A DNA stretch of 64,000 bases, from contig CAUGMN010000002.1 in assembly GCA_959600635.1 (NCBI GenBank), positions 3,030 to 67,029 of the forward strand. Reading direction: 5' to 3'. Source of the DNA: an uncultured Eubacteriales bacterium (GTDB taxonomy: Bacteria; Bacillota; Clostridia; Oscillospirales; QAMX01). A model generated the notes under the pieces. It was not told where the DNA came from. It made no database searches and saw only the letters and a program-made list of their open reading frames with translations. The translations under genes and the position numbers were made by a program. This document shows positions 20,805 to 30,755 of this stretch, piece after piece (the first letter of the stretch is position 1; each line of letters begins with the position of its first letter).

Positions 20805-22811
20805 ATGGGTGTCTATTTGTTGGGTTCCTCCTATTATCCTGAATGGTGGCCGGAGGAAGAGTGGAAAAGAGACTTTGCCAAAATGGCGGCGCTCGGCCTG
20901 AACGCGGTGCGTATGGGCGAGTTTGCGTGGAGCTGGTATGAGCCGCGCGAGGGCGAATTTCACTTTGAGGCGATGCGCCGCGCCGTCGCTCTGGCGGCGG
21001 AAGAGGGGATTGTCACCCTGATGTGTACGACGACGGCGGTCTGTCCGCCATGGCTCTATCAGAAATACCCCGAAGTCAAGGGCGGCAACGATCACGGCCT
21101 TTACGGCTTCGGCGGCCGTAAGGGAAACTGTCTTTCCAGCGACGTGTTTCTGGAATACGCGCGCAAAATCACAGAGGAACAGGCGAAGGTCTTTGCCAAT
21201 GACAAAAACGTCGTCGGCTGGCAGCTTGACAACGAGCCGGGTTTTCCGTTTGTCTGCTACGACCCGTGCTGTGAAAAGAAATTCCGCAAATGGCTGGAAC
21301 GGCGTTACGGGACGGTCGAGGCGCTCAACCGCGCCTGGTTTACAATGATGTGGTCGAACGTCTATAACAGCTTTGACGAAATCCGTCTGCCGGTCAACGC
21401 CGCGGAGGGCGGCTGGTCGCCCGGCATGAAGCTGGATTACCGGCGCTTTTTCTCCGACAATTTCAATAACCTGCTCTCCGAAGAGGCGCGTATCATCCGT
21501 GCGCAGGGCTCAAAGCAGTTTATTTTCACAAATTGGCCCGGCGCCAACTGGTCGGTTTCCTGCGAGGACGCGATGAGCTATCTCGATTACAGCGCATGGG
21601 ACAATTATGTCTCCGTTCCGGTCAACGACGACTATCATGTGCAGCTGCGTTCGTCCATGGAGCACGACCTTTGCCGCCGCCTCTCCAACGGCAAACAGCG
21701 GTTCCTGATCGCCGAGCAGTGCGCCGCGCCGCACGCCAACGCCGCGCCGGAGGCGGTGCGCGCCCAGACATGGCTCGACGTTGCGCACGGCGCGTTCGGA
21801 AATATTTTCTTTGAATTTCGGACACCAACCGGCGGGGTAGAACAAAATTACAATTCGATTCTCAACGCCGACGGGACGTATAACCGCTGCGAGCCGGTCA
21901 TCCGCAAGCTGGCGGCTGATCTGAAAGCGCATTACAGCCTGCTCGACGGTGCGGAGACCGTTTCGCCCGCCGCGGCGGTTTATTCGTATCAGAACAGCTG
22001 GGCGACGCCGGGCTGGGTCGTAGACGGCCCCTATGACGAGGATTTTTTCGAGGCGCACGGCGGCTTCAAAAACGCCCTGCGTCAGAATATGGATGTGATT
22101 TTTCCTTCCGACGACTTTTCAAAATACAAGCTCGTCGTCGCGCCGAATCTGATGATCCTGTCCGACGATGAACGCGCGCGCTTGGAACAGTATGTGCGCG
22201 ACGGCGGCGTGCTCGTGATCAATCCGGTCGCGGATACGCGCGGCGAATCGAACCTGATCCGCGAGGCGCGCGTTCCCGCCCTGTTTGGCGGACAGTGCGG
22301 CGCGCACTCCGTCGCCTCGGTTTCCTCCGCGGACATGGCAAAGCAGCAGAGCGCGGCGGGGGAGCGGGTGTCCGTCCGTTTTAATGACGGAGAGGAATAC
22401 GACGTCGCCGGCACGCTGTACGAGCTGGCTGTGGAAGACGATGCGGAGGTCTTTGCCGAGTACACCTGCGGCCGCCTCAAAGGCAAGGCGGCGGGTGTGG
22501 TCAAGCGGATCGGCCGCGGCGCGCTGGTGCTGTACGCGTCCGACGCGCGCAATTACCGTTATTATGAGGCGCTGGCGCGCGTCGCGAACCGTTTTGCGGA
22601 GATTCCGCCGCTGCTTGACGCGCCCGACGGCGTCATCGTTTCGTCGCGGCAAAAGGACGGCGAGACCTATCTGATCGCCGTCAACGCCAAAAACTCTCCG
22701 GCCGAGCTGACGCTTGACGGGCCGCTGTTTGACGTTTTGCGGCAGTGTGAAATCTCGGGCAAAGTGCGGATCGACGGTTTAGACGTTTTGCTCGCCAAAA
22801 AACGTTCATAA
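20805..22811 (+). CDS. Glycoside hydrolase family 42 beta-galactosidase
   Basis: The SSYYPEWW N-terminus and the WQLDNEPG catalytic motif are present, starting at ATG 20805 after GGAAGGAGAGG. Track ORF 20727 adds 26 unlikely codons. Confidence 0.9.
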   Translation: MGVYLLGSSYYPEWWPEEEWKRDFAKMAALGLNAVRMGEFAWSWYEPREGEFHFEAMRRAVALAAEEGIVTLMCTTTAVCPPWLYQKYPEVKGGNDHGLYGFGGRKGNCLSSDVFLEYARKITEEQAKVFANDKNVVGWQLDNEPGFPFVCYDPCCEKKFRKWLERRYGTVEALNRAWFTMMWSNVYNSFDEIRLPVNAAEGGWSPGMKLDYRRFFSDNFNNLLSEEARIIRAQGSKQFIFTNWPGANWSVSCEDAMSYLDYSAWDNYVSVPVNDDYHVQLRSSMEHDLCRRLSNGKQRFLIAEQCAAPHANAAPEAVRAQTWLDVAHGAFGNIFFEFRTPTGGVEQNYNSILNADGTYNRCEPVIRKLAADLKAHYSLLDGAETVSPAAAVYSYQNSWATPGWVVDGPYDEDFFEAHGGFKNALRQNMDVIFPSDDFSKYKLVVAPNLMILSDDERARLEQYVRDGGVLVINPVADTRGESNLIREARVPALFGGQCGAHSVASVSSADMAKQQSAAGERVSVRFNDGEEYDVAGTLYELAVEDDAEVFAEYTCGRLKGKAAGVVKRIGRGALVLYASDARNYRYYEALARVANRFAEIPPLLDAPDGVIVSSRQKDGETYLIAVNAKNSPAELTLDGPLFDVLRQCEISGKVRIDGLDVLLAKKRS

Positions 22812-22908
22812 AGTCCGGCTGTGCGGCGCATGATAGCAACGACTGATTTTCTGCGGGAAAAGCCCGCGTTCGATATAAAAATGCAGCGATAGGAAAGGAA
22901 GAATAAAA

Positions 22909-23220
22909 ATGGCGGAACTGAAAATTACGAGTCAGAACTATGCGTCCGAGGTGGAAGCGTCTGCTCTGCCCGTGCTTCTGGATTTTTGGGCGCCGTGGTG
23001 CGGACCGTGCAGAATGCTTGCGCCCGTGATTGAAGAACTGGCGGAGGAGCTGGCCGGCAAGGTTAAGGTCGGCAAGGTGAACGTCGACGAAGAGCCGGAG
23101 CTTTCCAGCGACTTTGGTATCGTCTCGATCCCGACGCTCGTCGTCGTCAAAGACGGCAAGGTCGTTCAGACCGCCACCGGCGTCCGGCCGAAAAACGCGA
23201 TCCTCGCCATGCTCGGGTGA
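22909..23220 (+). CDS. trxA: Thioredoxin
   Basis: 103 aa with the WCGPC active site. Confidence 0.92.
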   Translation: MAELKITSQNYASEVEASALPVLLDFWAPWCGPCRMLAPVIEELAEELAGKVKVGKVNVDEEPELSSDFGIVSIPTLVVVKDGKVVQTATGVRPKNAILAMLG

Positions 23221-23239
23221 CAGTTGGAGTGTTACTGAG

Positions 23240-23277
23240 ACCGCGGCCGCTTTTACACAAAAGCGGCCGCGGTTTTT
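23240..23277 (+). terminator. Rho-independent terminator after trxA
   Basis: accgcggccgctttt-acac-aaaagcggccgcggt (15-bp perfect stem) running into ttttt. Confidence 0.8.
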
Positions 23278-23374
23278 GAAGCAGGCCGGCGCCGAACCGG
23301 GGCGGATAGAAAACGTTCTAAACCACAACTAAGTTTTTCCGGCTATAATACCGGATAGAATGGAGTGGCGTATC

Positions 23375-24049
23375 ATGAAACTGCTATACGCAGAGGATGA
23401 AAAGAGTATGTCGGAAGCCGTAGTGGATATTCTGACCTATCATAAATATGTAGTGGATGCGGTGTATGACGGAGAAGAAGCCTTGGACTATGCCCTTTCA
23501 GAACAATATGACGGTATTATTTTAGATATTATGATGCCAAAGAGAAACGGTCTTGAAGTGTTGAAAACCCTTCGGCAAAAAGGGGTCAACACCCCGGTGC
23601 TGCTGCTCACAGCAAAGGCAGAAATTGAGGATAGAATTGCAGGGCTGGATCTGGGAGCGGACGATTATCTCCCGAAGCCTTTTGCTATGGGAGAACTCCT
23701 TGCCCGTGTCCGCGCAATGCTGCGCCGCAAGGAGACCTTTACGCCGGATATATTGAAATGCGGCAATATTTCTCTGAATATGCAGAGCTATGAGCTTTCA
23801 AACGGCGAGCAATCCTTTGTTTTGCCTAAACTCGAATATCAACTGATGGAGATATTGATGCTCAACAAAGGGATCTATTTATCCAGCGAGGATTTGCTTG
23901 TGAAGGTGTGGGGGTATGACGCCGATGCCGAGCTTGGAACTGTTTGGGTATATATTTCCTACCTCCGAAAGCGTTTGGCGGCTCTCAATGCCAATGTTGC
24001 CATTAGCGCCAAGCGCAATGTGGGTTATACGCTCGAGGTGATCGGATGA
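23375..24049 (+). CDS. OmpR/PhoB-family response regulator
   Basis: Receiver domain (YAEDE, DGIILDIMMPKRNG, LLLTAK) plus a winged-helix C-terminal domain. ATG 23375. Confidence 0.9.
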   Translation: MKLLYAEDEKSMSEAVVDILTYHKYVVDAVYDGEEALDYALSEQYDGIILDIMMPKRNGLEVLKTLRQKGVNTPVLLLTAKAEIEDRIAGLDLGADDYLPKPFAMGELLARVRAMLRRKETFTPDILKCGNISLNMQSYELSNGEQSFVLPKLEYQLMEILMLNKGIYLSSEDLLVKVWGYDADAELGTVWVYISYLRKRLAALNANVAISAKRNVGYTLEVIG

Positions 24050-25284
24050 TTAAGACTTTGCAGCGAAAATTTATTGTCACAGCAATGACAGCAATTTCTG
24101 TATTGCTGTTACTATTGCTCGGTACAATTAACCTGATCAATATTGGGGTGGTCGGAAAACAGATGGATGCAAAGCTTGAAATCATTTCTGAAAACGAAGG
24201 CAACCCCGATAATATCCCGATGATTCCCGGAAGTATGCCGCCGAGAGAGCCATATGGAACCAAAAACGATTACGATACCTTTATGTCCTCTAACTTTTTC
24301 GTGGTACGGTTTGATAGAAATGGAGAGATTATTCATACGGATGTGAGCCGAATATCCTCCGTCAGCGAGCAGGAAGCCGAAGAGCTGGCAGAGAAAGTCT
24401 ATGCCCAAAATGCTCTGTCGGGCAAAATTGATCGCTTTGAATATATGGTTAGAGATAGCCGTATGGGACTTGGAAAGGTTGCCGTATTTCTCGATACCTC
24501 CGGCGATATATATTCCTATATACGGGTATTGTTCCTTTCTGCCGCCATCGGTATCGTTTGTTGGGTTTTCATGTTGTTTTTTGTCATGCTGCTTTCTAAA
24601 CGAGCCATTCGTCCGATTGCCGAAAATATGGAAAAGCAAAAGCAATTCGTCACAAATGCCGGTCACGAAATCAAAACGCCCCTTGCGATTATTCAATCGA
24701 ATACAGAAGCAATGGAACTGTATAACGGCGGAAACAAGTGGAGCAAAAACATCAAGGAACAGACCATTCGGCTCAATGAGCTGATGAAAAACCTGCTCAT
24801 CCTCGCCCGCATGGATGAAAGCGGAGCCAACTTGAATTTGTCTGACTTTTCCCTCAGTCAGCTGCTTGCCGATCATACCGAGTGTTTCAGAGAAGCCTTG
24901 GAACTGCGTGGGATTGCCCTGAAAACAGATATTCAACCAATGATTTCTTTCCGTGCGAATAGAGAGCATATTACACAGCTGATCTCGGTGCTGATGGACA
25001 ATGCCGTAAAATATGCCGACGAGGGCGGCAATGTGTTTGTCTCTCTCGAAAGAAACGATAAGCGGATTAAATTGCAGTTTAAGAACACTTGTCGACAGCT
25101 GCCGCCCGTTGCTCCCGATAAACTGTTTGACCGATTTTATCGTGCCGACGAAGCGAGAACACAAAAAAGCGGCGGTTACGGTATCGGTTTGTCGGTAGCA
25201 CAGTCTATTACCGAAACTTACAAAGGCAAAATTTCCGCCGAATATGAAAACGGCAATACAATCGTATTTACCATTCGTTTTTGA
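24046..25284 (+). CDS. Sensor histidine kinase
   Basis: ATGA overlap with the response-regulator stop. Two TM segments, H-box HEIKTPLAIIQS, and N/G boxes (MDNAVKYA, GGYGIGLSVA). Confidence 0.9.
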   Translation: MIKTLQRKFIVTAMTAISVLLLLLLGTINLINIGVVGKQMDAKLEIISENEGNPDNIPMIPGSMPPREPYGTKNDYDTFMSSNFFVVRFDRNGEIIHTDVSRISSVSEQEAEELAEKVYAQNALSGKIDRFEYMVRDSRMGLGKVAVFLDTSGDIYSYIRVLFLSAAIGIVCWVFMLFFVMLLSKRAIRPIAENMEKQKQFVTNAGHEIKTPLAIIQSNTEAMELYNGGNKWSKNIKEQTIRLNELMKNLLILARMDESGANLNLSDFSLSQLLADHTECFREALELRGIALKTDIQPMISFRANREHITQLISVLMDNAVKYADEGGNVFVSLERNDKRIKLQFKNTCRQLPPVAPDKLFDRFYRADEARTQKSGGYGIGLSVAQSITETYKGKISAEYENGNTIVFTIRF

Positions 25285-25396
25285 CAATGGCAAAGCGAAT
25301 TTCAGAAAGCAACACATTTTAAAGTCCGTGTTGTTCCGTTTGTTTTGAAATCTCCGTATAATGAAGACATCAAAAAACAAAAAGGGGATTTAAAAA

Positions 25397-25750
25397 ATGA
25401 ACACAGACAAAATTTATGCAGAGGCCATTGCAAACGAGTATTCTGTAAAGAAAACATCTAAAGTGGTCGCGCTCAAAAAACTAGACCGCAAGGCAAAAGA
25501 ACCTGCAAATATTTTCGCTTTCACCTTCGGTATTCTTTCGGCATTGGTGCTTGGCACGGGTATGTGCCTTTCGATGCAGGTGATCGGCAGCGGGACGACG
25601 ATGTTTGTACTTGGAACGATTATCGGTATTTTAGGCATTGCCGGTGTGAGCGCCAATTATTTTATCTACAAGAAAATGCTTGAAAAGGGCAAAGCAAAAT
25701 ACGCAAGCGATATTATCCGCCTGGCAAATGAAATCAGCGAGGAAGAATAG
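25397..25750 (+). CDS. Small two-TM membrane protein, function unknown
   Basis: 117 aa with GGGGA upstream. Central hydrophobic hairpin (IFAFTFGILSALVLGTGMCLSM ... MFVLGTIIGILGIAGVSANYFIY). Only 4 nt from the following TetR gene. Confidence 0.5.
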   Translation: MNTDKIYAEAIANEYSVKKTSKVVALKKLDRKAKEPANIFAFTFGILSALVLGTGMCLSMQVIGSGTTMFVLGTIIGILGIAGVSANYFIYKKMLEKGKAKYASDIIRLANEISEEE

Positions 25751-25753
25751 ACT

Positions 25754-26347
25754 ATGGATGGCAGTAAATTAAACAAAGCTCAAAGTAAATATTATAATAC
25801 TGCCTGCCTGATGGATGAGGCGTTGATTGCCTTGCTCGAAAAGAAAAACTATGAGTTTATTACTGTAAAAGAAATCTGCGAAAAAGCAGGGGTCAACCGC
25901 TCTACTTTTTATCTGCATTATGAAACAATGGAAGATTTATTATACGAGTGTATTAAATACGTAGGCGGAAAAATCACTGCAAAATATAAGACGGAAAGCC
26001 TGATTGACAAAACACAGATCAGTATTTGCCCCAAAGAAGATTTATTGCTTTTCACCCCGAAATATCTATTGCCTTATTTAGAGTTTACAAAGGAAAATAA
26101 GCGGGTGTATATGGCGGCTGTTGCACAGCCTGTGGTAATGAAAAGCAACGACATCATAAAGCATTTGTATACCGAACTGTTTGAACCGATATTGGCTCGG
26201 TTTGGCGTACCCAAAGAAGAAAGAAAATATCGGATGTCTTTTTACCTGAATGGTATTAGTGCAGTCATCATAGAATGGGTAAAAAATGGCTGCCGAGAAG
26301 AAACCGAGTCGATTGCAAACATTCTACTGAGTTGCTTGGGCGTTTAA
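25754..26347 (+). CDS. TetR/AcrR family transcriptional regulator
   Basis: N-terminal HTH FITVKEICEKAGVNRSTFYLHY; 197 aa. Confidence 0.85.
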   Translation: MDGSKLNKAQSKYYNTACLMDEALIALLEKKNYEFITVKEICEKAGVNRSTFYLHYETMEDLLYECIKYVGGKITAKYKTESLIDKTQISICPKEDLLLFTPKYLLPYLEFTKENKRVYMAAVAQPVVMKSNDIIKHLYTELFEPILARFGVPKEERKYRMSFYLNGISAVIIEWVKNGCREETESIANILLSCLGV

Positions 26348-26370
26348 ATAATGGAATATATACTATAAAA

Positions 26371-26399
26371 GCATCTATCGTTACAGATAGGTGCTTTTT
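26371..26399 (+). terminator. Rho-independent terminator after the TetR gene
   Basis: gcatctatc-gttaca-gataggtgc (9-bp stem with one G-U pair) followed by ttttt. Confidence 0.55.
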
Positions 26400-26463
26400 C
26401 TAAGTTCAAACTAAGGTTTTGGAATTATAATACCTCTATAAGATGAAGAAAGGAGTTGATTGT

Positions 26464-27135
26464 ATGCGGTTCAGGCACGAATGGAAGCACGAGATTTTCT
26501 ATGTAGAGATGCTCTCGCTTCGCAGCCGGTTGTCTGCCGTTATGCAGCAGGACAGTCACGCGGTAAATGGCAGGTATAAAATTAGGAGCCTGTATTTTGA
26601 CAATCTTCGGGATAAAGCGTTACTGGAAAAGAGGAACGGAGTGAACACACGAGAAAAATTTCGTGTCCGCTACTATAATGAAGATTTGTCTTTGATTCTG
26701 CTGGAAAAGAAAAGCAAGGTCAATGGCCTGTGCAGCAAAGAACAAGAGGCCATTACATTAGAAGAAGCACAGTTGATTGCAGACAAAGACATCAAGAGTC
26801 TGTCCCAAAGTGAAAAAACGCTTGTAAAAGAACTCTGTTATAAAATGCAAACCGAGGGACTTGAACCAAAAACAATCGTGGACTATATTAGAGAACCGTT
26901 TGTATATGCACCGGGCAATGTTCGGGTGACGCTTGATTATGACATCCGAACGGGACTTACCGGCACGGATTTTCTAAATCCCGACTGCGTGATGGTTCCC
27001 GCAGGAAATGCCCCCATGATTCTTGAAGTAAAGTGGGACGAATTTTTACCCGCTGTTATTCGTGATATTGTGCAAGTTCCCGGCACGCATACCTCGGCAT
27101 TTTCCAAATATGCAGCTTGCCGTATCTACGGCTAA
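26464..27135 (+). CDS. VTC-domain (polyphosphate-polymerase-like, CYTH-like) protein
   Basis: The MRFRHEWKHEI start and the RSLYFDN and EKK motifs are recalled from bacterial VTC-domain proteins. ATG 26464 follows AAGGAG. Confidence 0.75.
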   Translation: MRFRHEWKHEIFYVEMLSLRSRLSAVMQQDSHAVNGRYKIRSLYFDNLRDKALLEKRNGVNTREKFRVRYYNEDLSLILLEKKSKVNGLCSKEQEAITLEEAQLIADKDIKSLSQSEKTLVKELCYKMQTEGLEPKTIVDYIREPFVYAPGNVRVTLDYDIRTGLTGTDFLNPDCVMVPAGNAPMILEVKWDEFLPAVIRDIVQVPGTHTSAFSKYAACRIYG

Positions 27136-27166
27136 AACAAAAACCATTTTGAAGGAGAAAACGATT

Positions 27167-27838
27167 ATGAATTTTCAAGATATTTTTAAGTCCAGCTTTT
27201 TGGAAAACATTACGAGCGTTTCCCTGCTTGATATGGCCATCGCTCTGATTTTGGCTTTCGGCATCGGTATGTTTATTTTTTTAATCTATAAAAAGACCTT
27301 TGCCGGTGTGATGTATTCCTCCTCGTTTGGCGTCACATTGGTTGCCCTTACTATGATTTCAACCCTCGTGATTTTGGCAGTAACCTCTAATGTGGTGCTG
27401 TCGCTTGGTATGGTTGGCGCGTTGTCGATTGTGCGTTTCCGTACCGCTATCAAGGAACCCCTTGATATTGCTTTCCTCTTTTGGGCGATCGCAGTCGGCA
27501 TTGTGCTCGCCGCCGGTATGATTCCTCTCGCCGTGTTTGGCAGCGTAGTGATCGGCATTGTTCTTCTCATCTTTGCCAACCAAAAAGCACACTTGAATCC
27601 CTATATCGTAGTGATTCGCTGTGAAAACCACGACAGCGAGATGGCCGCTATGGATTTTCTGAAAAAGCAGGTTCACCGCTGTGTCGTAAAGAGCAAGACC
27701 GCGCAAAAAGGCGCGATTGAAATGAATGTTGAAGTTCGTATGAAAGAAGATAACACCGATTTTGTCAATATTCTTTCCGAGATGAACGGCATAAACAGTG
27801 CGGTTCTCGTAAGCTACAACGGCGACTATATGGGTTAA
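27167..27838 (+). CDS. DUF4956 family membrane protein
   Basis: Multi-TM N-terminal half with SIVRFRTAIKEPLDIAFLFWAIAVG, typical of DUF4956. ATG 27167 follows GAAGGAGA. Confidence 0.75.
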   Translation: MNFQDIFKSSFLENITSVSLLDMAIALILAFGIGMFIFLIYKKTFAGVMYSSSFGVTLVALTMISTLVILAVTSNVVLSLGMVGALSIVRFRTAIKEPLDIAFLFWAIAVGIVLAAGMIPLAVFGSVVIGIVLLIFANQKAHLNPYIVVIRCENHDSEMAAMDFLKKQVHRCVVKSKTAQKGAIEMNVEVRMKEDNTDFVNILSEMNGINSAVLVSYNGDYMG

Positions 27839-27853
27839 TAGAGGGAGGAAACT

Positions 27854-30055
27854 ATGTCAACGCACAAATCTTTTGATAAAATTTGCTGCGTCATTTGCGC
27901 CCTAACCCTTGTGCTGGCAATATTGTTTATGAACGCCGAGAGTTTCGGCATTCAAAAGGCTTCTTCGGCTCCGGGATATGAAACCCGATTGTTTGACACA
28001 TCAAAGGTGCATACCGTAAATATCGTTATGGATGATTGGGAGGAATTTCTTGAATCCTGCGCCAATGAGGAATACACCGAGTGTTCGGTGATCATTGATA
28101 ACGAAGCATTTAAAAATGTGGCGATCAGAGCAAAGGGCAACACGTCTCTTTCCAATGTGCAAAGCTACGGCAACGACCGATACAGCTTCAAAATAGAGTT
28201 TGACCATTATGATGGCACAAACACCTATTACGGACTGGATAAACTGAGTCTAAACAATATCATTCAGGACAATACGTATATGAAGGATTATCTAACCTAT
28301 CAAATGATGGGATACTTCGGTGTCAGCGCGCCGCTTTGCAGTTATGTTCAAATTTTAGTGAACGGCGAAGAATGGGGGCTGTATCTCGCAGTCGAGGGTG
28401 TGGAGGAATCCTTCCTTTCAAGAAACTACGGGAATGACTACGGAGAACTTTATAAACCCGACAGTATGAGCATGGGCGGCGGGCGCGGAAACGGCGGAAA
28501 TTTTAATATGGAGGATTGGAGAGAAACGCAGGATCAGGAGATGCCGGATGGAACGGGACAGCAAGATGAGAATATTCAACCGCCAGACAGCAGCGGTCAG
28601 GGCGGCATACAAGGCGGTCAAATTAGGCCGGGGAATATGGAAATTACCATTGAGCAAATCAAGCAAATGGTAACCTCCTTGGATGACGACGCGTTATCGG
28701 CTGCCGCGGAACTTCTTGGATACGAAAACAAAGAAGCGATGCTGTCTGCATTAGAAGCGGCAACGGATTTGGAGGCTTTTCTAAACGGGAAAACGATGAT
28801 GGATTTGGCAAGCCTTTTTATGGGGAAAAGTGGCGGTTTCGGTCAAGACGGTACGCAAATGCCGGATCTAAATGGCGGCGGAATGGGCGGAATCGGCAGT
28901 TCGGATGTTTCGCTGATCTATTCGGATGATGAATACACAAGCTATTCCAACATTTTTGATAATGCCAAGACCGATATTTCCGATACAGACAAAGACCGTT
29001 TGATTGCTTCTCTGAAAAAGCTGAATGAAAACAGCAGTATTGAGGATGTTGTGAATGTGGAGGAGGTTATTCGCTACTTTGTGGTGCATAACTTTGTCTG
29101 TAACTTTGACAGCTACACCGGATCGATGATTCATAACTACTATCTCTATGAAGAAGATGGTCAGCTCTCTATGATTCCGTGGGACTATAACCTTGCCTTC
29201 GGCGGATTTGTAGGCGGTTCGGACGCAACAAGCCTTGTCAACTATCCCATTGACACCCCTGTATCAGGCGGTACGGTCGAATCAAGACCGATGCTCTCGT
29301 GGATTTTTAAAAGCGAAGAATATACCGAACTGTATCATCAGTATTTTGCAGAGTTTGTTTCGCAATATTTTGACAGCGGATATTTTGCAGAAATGATAGA
29401 CGATGTCAAGGAAATGATTTCTCCCTATGTCGAGAGCGACCCTACAAAGTTCTGTACCTATGAAGAATTTGAAACGGGTATCGACACTCTCAAAGAATTT
29501 TGCTTACTCCGCGCAGAGAGCGTAAAGGCTCAACTTGACGGTACAATCGCATCCACCTCAGGAGAACAAGATCAGGAAACCCTGATCGATGCTTCGAATC
29601 TTACGATCTCCGCCATGGGCAGTATGGGTGGAGGGATGGGCGGCAGTATAGATAGGCCGGCTAATATCGGTCAAGATCAAATGCCGGATATGCAGCAATC
29701 CGACACAAGCGGAGAGCAAAACCGTTCTGTGCCGCAAATGCCGGGGAATAACGCTCAGGATGAAAACAATTCTGCCGCAGACCAAAACGGAACACAGGAG
29801 CAGCTTCCAAACGGCGGCAACGGCGAGCAGCCTCCGCAAAGCGGAGAAATGCCCGGATTTCAGCAAGGCGGCCGTATGCAGAACTTCACACAAGGCGATA
29901 ACGGACAGGGAATAAGCCGCCCCGACAGTAACGGAGGGCAAACGGGGAATCAGAGCGATACAAGTGGCGCAAATTCCTATCTATTGCTTGGTGTATGCGG
30001 CGCGGTATTGCTCGCAGGATTGCTTTTTGCCCTACTTTACAAGAAGCGAGTTTGA
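27854..30055 (+). CDS. CotH-family atypical kinase, membrane-anchored at both ends, with a long Q/G/N/P-rich tail
   Basis: N-terminal signal-anchor helix, then a CotH-like core (VIIDNEAFKNVAIRAKGNTSL, YSFKIEFDHY, LSLNN, YMKDYLTYQMM). About 150 aa of low complexity and a C-terminal TM helix (YLLLGVCGAVLLAGLLFALLYKKRV) follow. Confidence 0.8.
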   Translation: MSTHKSFDKICCVICALTLVLAILFMNAESFGIQKASSAPGYETRLFDTSKVHTVNIVMDDWEEFLESCANEEYTECSVIIDNEAFKNVAIRAKGNTSLSNVQSYGNDRYSFKIEFDHYDGTNTYYGLDKLSLNNIIQDNTYMKDYLTYQMMGYFGVSAPLCSYVQILVNGEEWGLYLAVEGVEESFLSRNYGNDYGELYKPDSMSMGGGRGNGGNFNMEDWRETQDQEMPDGTGQQDENIQPPDSSGQGGIQGGQIRPGNMEITIEQIKQMVTSLDDDALSAAAELLGYENKEAMLSALEAATDLEAFLNGKTMMDLASLFMGKSGGFGQDGTQMPDLNGGGMGGIGSSDVSLIYSDDEYTSYSNIFDNAKTDISDTDKDRLIASLKKLNENSSIEDVVNVEEVIRYFVVHNFVCNFDSYTGSMIHNYYLYEEDGQLSMIPWDYNLAFGGFVGGSDATSLVNYPIDTPVSGGTVESRPMLSWIFKSEEYTELYHQYFAEFVSQYFDSGYFAEMIDDVKEMISPYVESDPTKFCTYEEFETGIDTLKEFCLLRAESVKAQLDGTIASTSGEQDQETLIDASNLTISAMGSMGGGMGGSIDRPANIGQDQMPDMQQSDTSGEQNRSVPQMPGNNAQDENNSAADQNGTQEQLPNGGNGEQPPQSGEMPGFQQGGRMQNFTQGDNGQGISRPDSNGGQTGNQSDTSGANSYLLLGVCGAVLLAGLLFALLYKKRV

Positions 30056-30073
30056 TGTTGAGGAGAGGTAAGT

Positions 30074-30667
30074 ATGAGAAAACTGTTGGCTATGCTGTGT
30101 GCGATGGCTTTGGCGGTTTCTGTATCTGCTTGCGGTAATGACACAAAAGATTATAGCAATCAAACCGTTATGGGCAAGGTGGTTTCCATTGATGGCGATT
30201 CTGTCACCTTACAAATTGCCTTGATGGATATGCCCGAAGGAATGGAAGGCAGTTCCGGTAATATGCCGCAAGGACAAATGCCAAACGGCGAAAATGGAAT
30301 CTCGCCCGTAATGCCGAATGGAGGGAGCGGCACAGCGCCGCAGGCTCAAACGCCGCCTAACAATGAAAATGGTTCAATGCCTGAAATGCCATCAGGCGGC
30401 GAAATGCCTGATAGCGCTTTGGGCGGCGGCAACGGTGAAAAACCTCCGCAAAACGGAGAAATGTCCGACATGTTTGCCGATAATGGAGAGGAAATCACAA
30501 TCAGTCTTGAAGGGATAGCGATCAAGATTGAATCCGGCGGCGAAACGACAGACGGCACAAAAGAGGATATTAAAGAAGATTCTATGGTTGCCGTTGAATT
30601 TGGCGACAAGAATACCGCTAAAACGATTACTGTAAAAATGCAGGGCGGCTCTGGAATGCGGGACTGA
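30074..30667 (+). CDS. Lipoprotein with a Met/Pro/Gly/Asn/Glu-rich low-complexity core, function unknown
   Basis: Lipobox LAVSVSAC; AGGAGAGG upstream. It shares the GGNGE-x-PPQ-x-GEM segment with the CotH tail. Confidence 0.6.
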   Translation: MRKLLAMLCAMALAVSVSACGNDTKDYSNQTVMGKVVSIDGDSVTLQIALMDMPEGMEGSSGNMPQGQMPNGENGISPVMPNGGSGTAPQAQTPPNNENGSMPEMPSGGEMPDSALGGGNGEKPPQNGEMSDMFADNGEEITISLEGIAIKIESGGETTDGTKEDIKEDSMVAVEFGDKNTAKTITVKMQGGSGMRD

Positions 30668-30711
30668 TCGATAGGAGCCAACGCCTTTGCGCCGGTTGAT
30701 CAAAAGAAAGA

Positions 30712-30755
30712 TACTGAGAGAAACCAATACAGTTTCTCTCAGTACCTTTCTTTTT
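30712..30755. terminator. Bidirectional terminator (end of island operon / end of pfp)
   Basis: tactgagagaaac-caataca-gtttctctcagta (13-bp perfect stem). It is flanked by an A-rich tract on the left and cctttcttttt on the right. Confidence 0.75.

Noticed and set aside
18836-20842. 668-aa ORF on the plus strand
   Set aside because: It is completely antisense to the GH92 gene, has no recognisable motifs, and shows shadow-ORF composition. Several other ORFs are rejected for the same reason: 3708-4517(+), 5184-6311(+), 6634-7794(+), 11468-12559(+), 30878-32218(+), 36884-37786(+), 37817-39088(+), 45296-46447(+), 46728-47903(-), 49437-50531(-), 53302-53913(+) and 55689-56483(+).
24112-25380. 422-aa ORF on the minus strand inside the AT-rich island
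   Set aside because: It is antisense to the histidine kinase gene. The plus-strand frame carries the clear H, N and G boxes and overlaps the response-regulator stop with ATGA.
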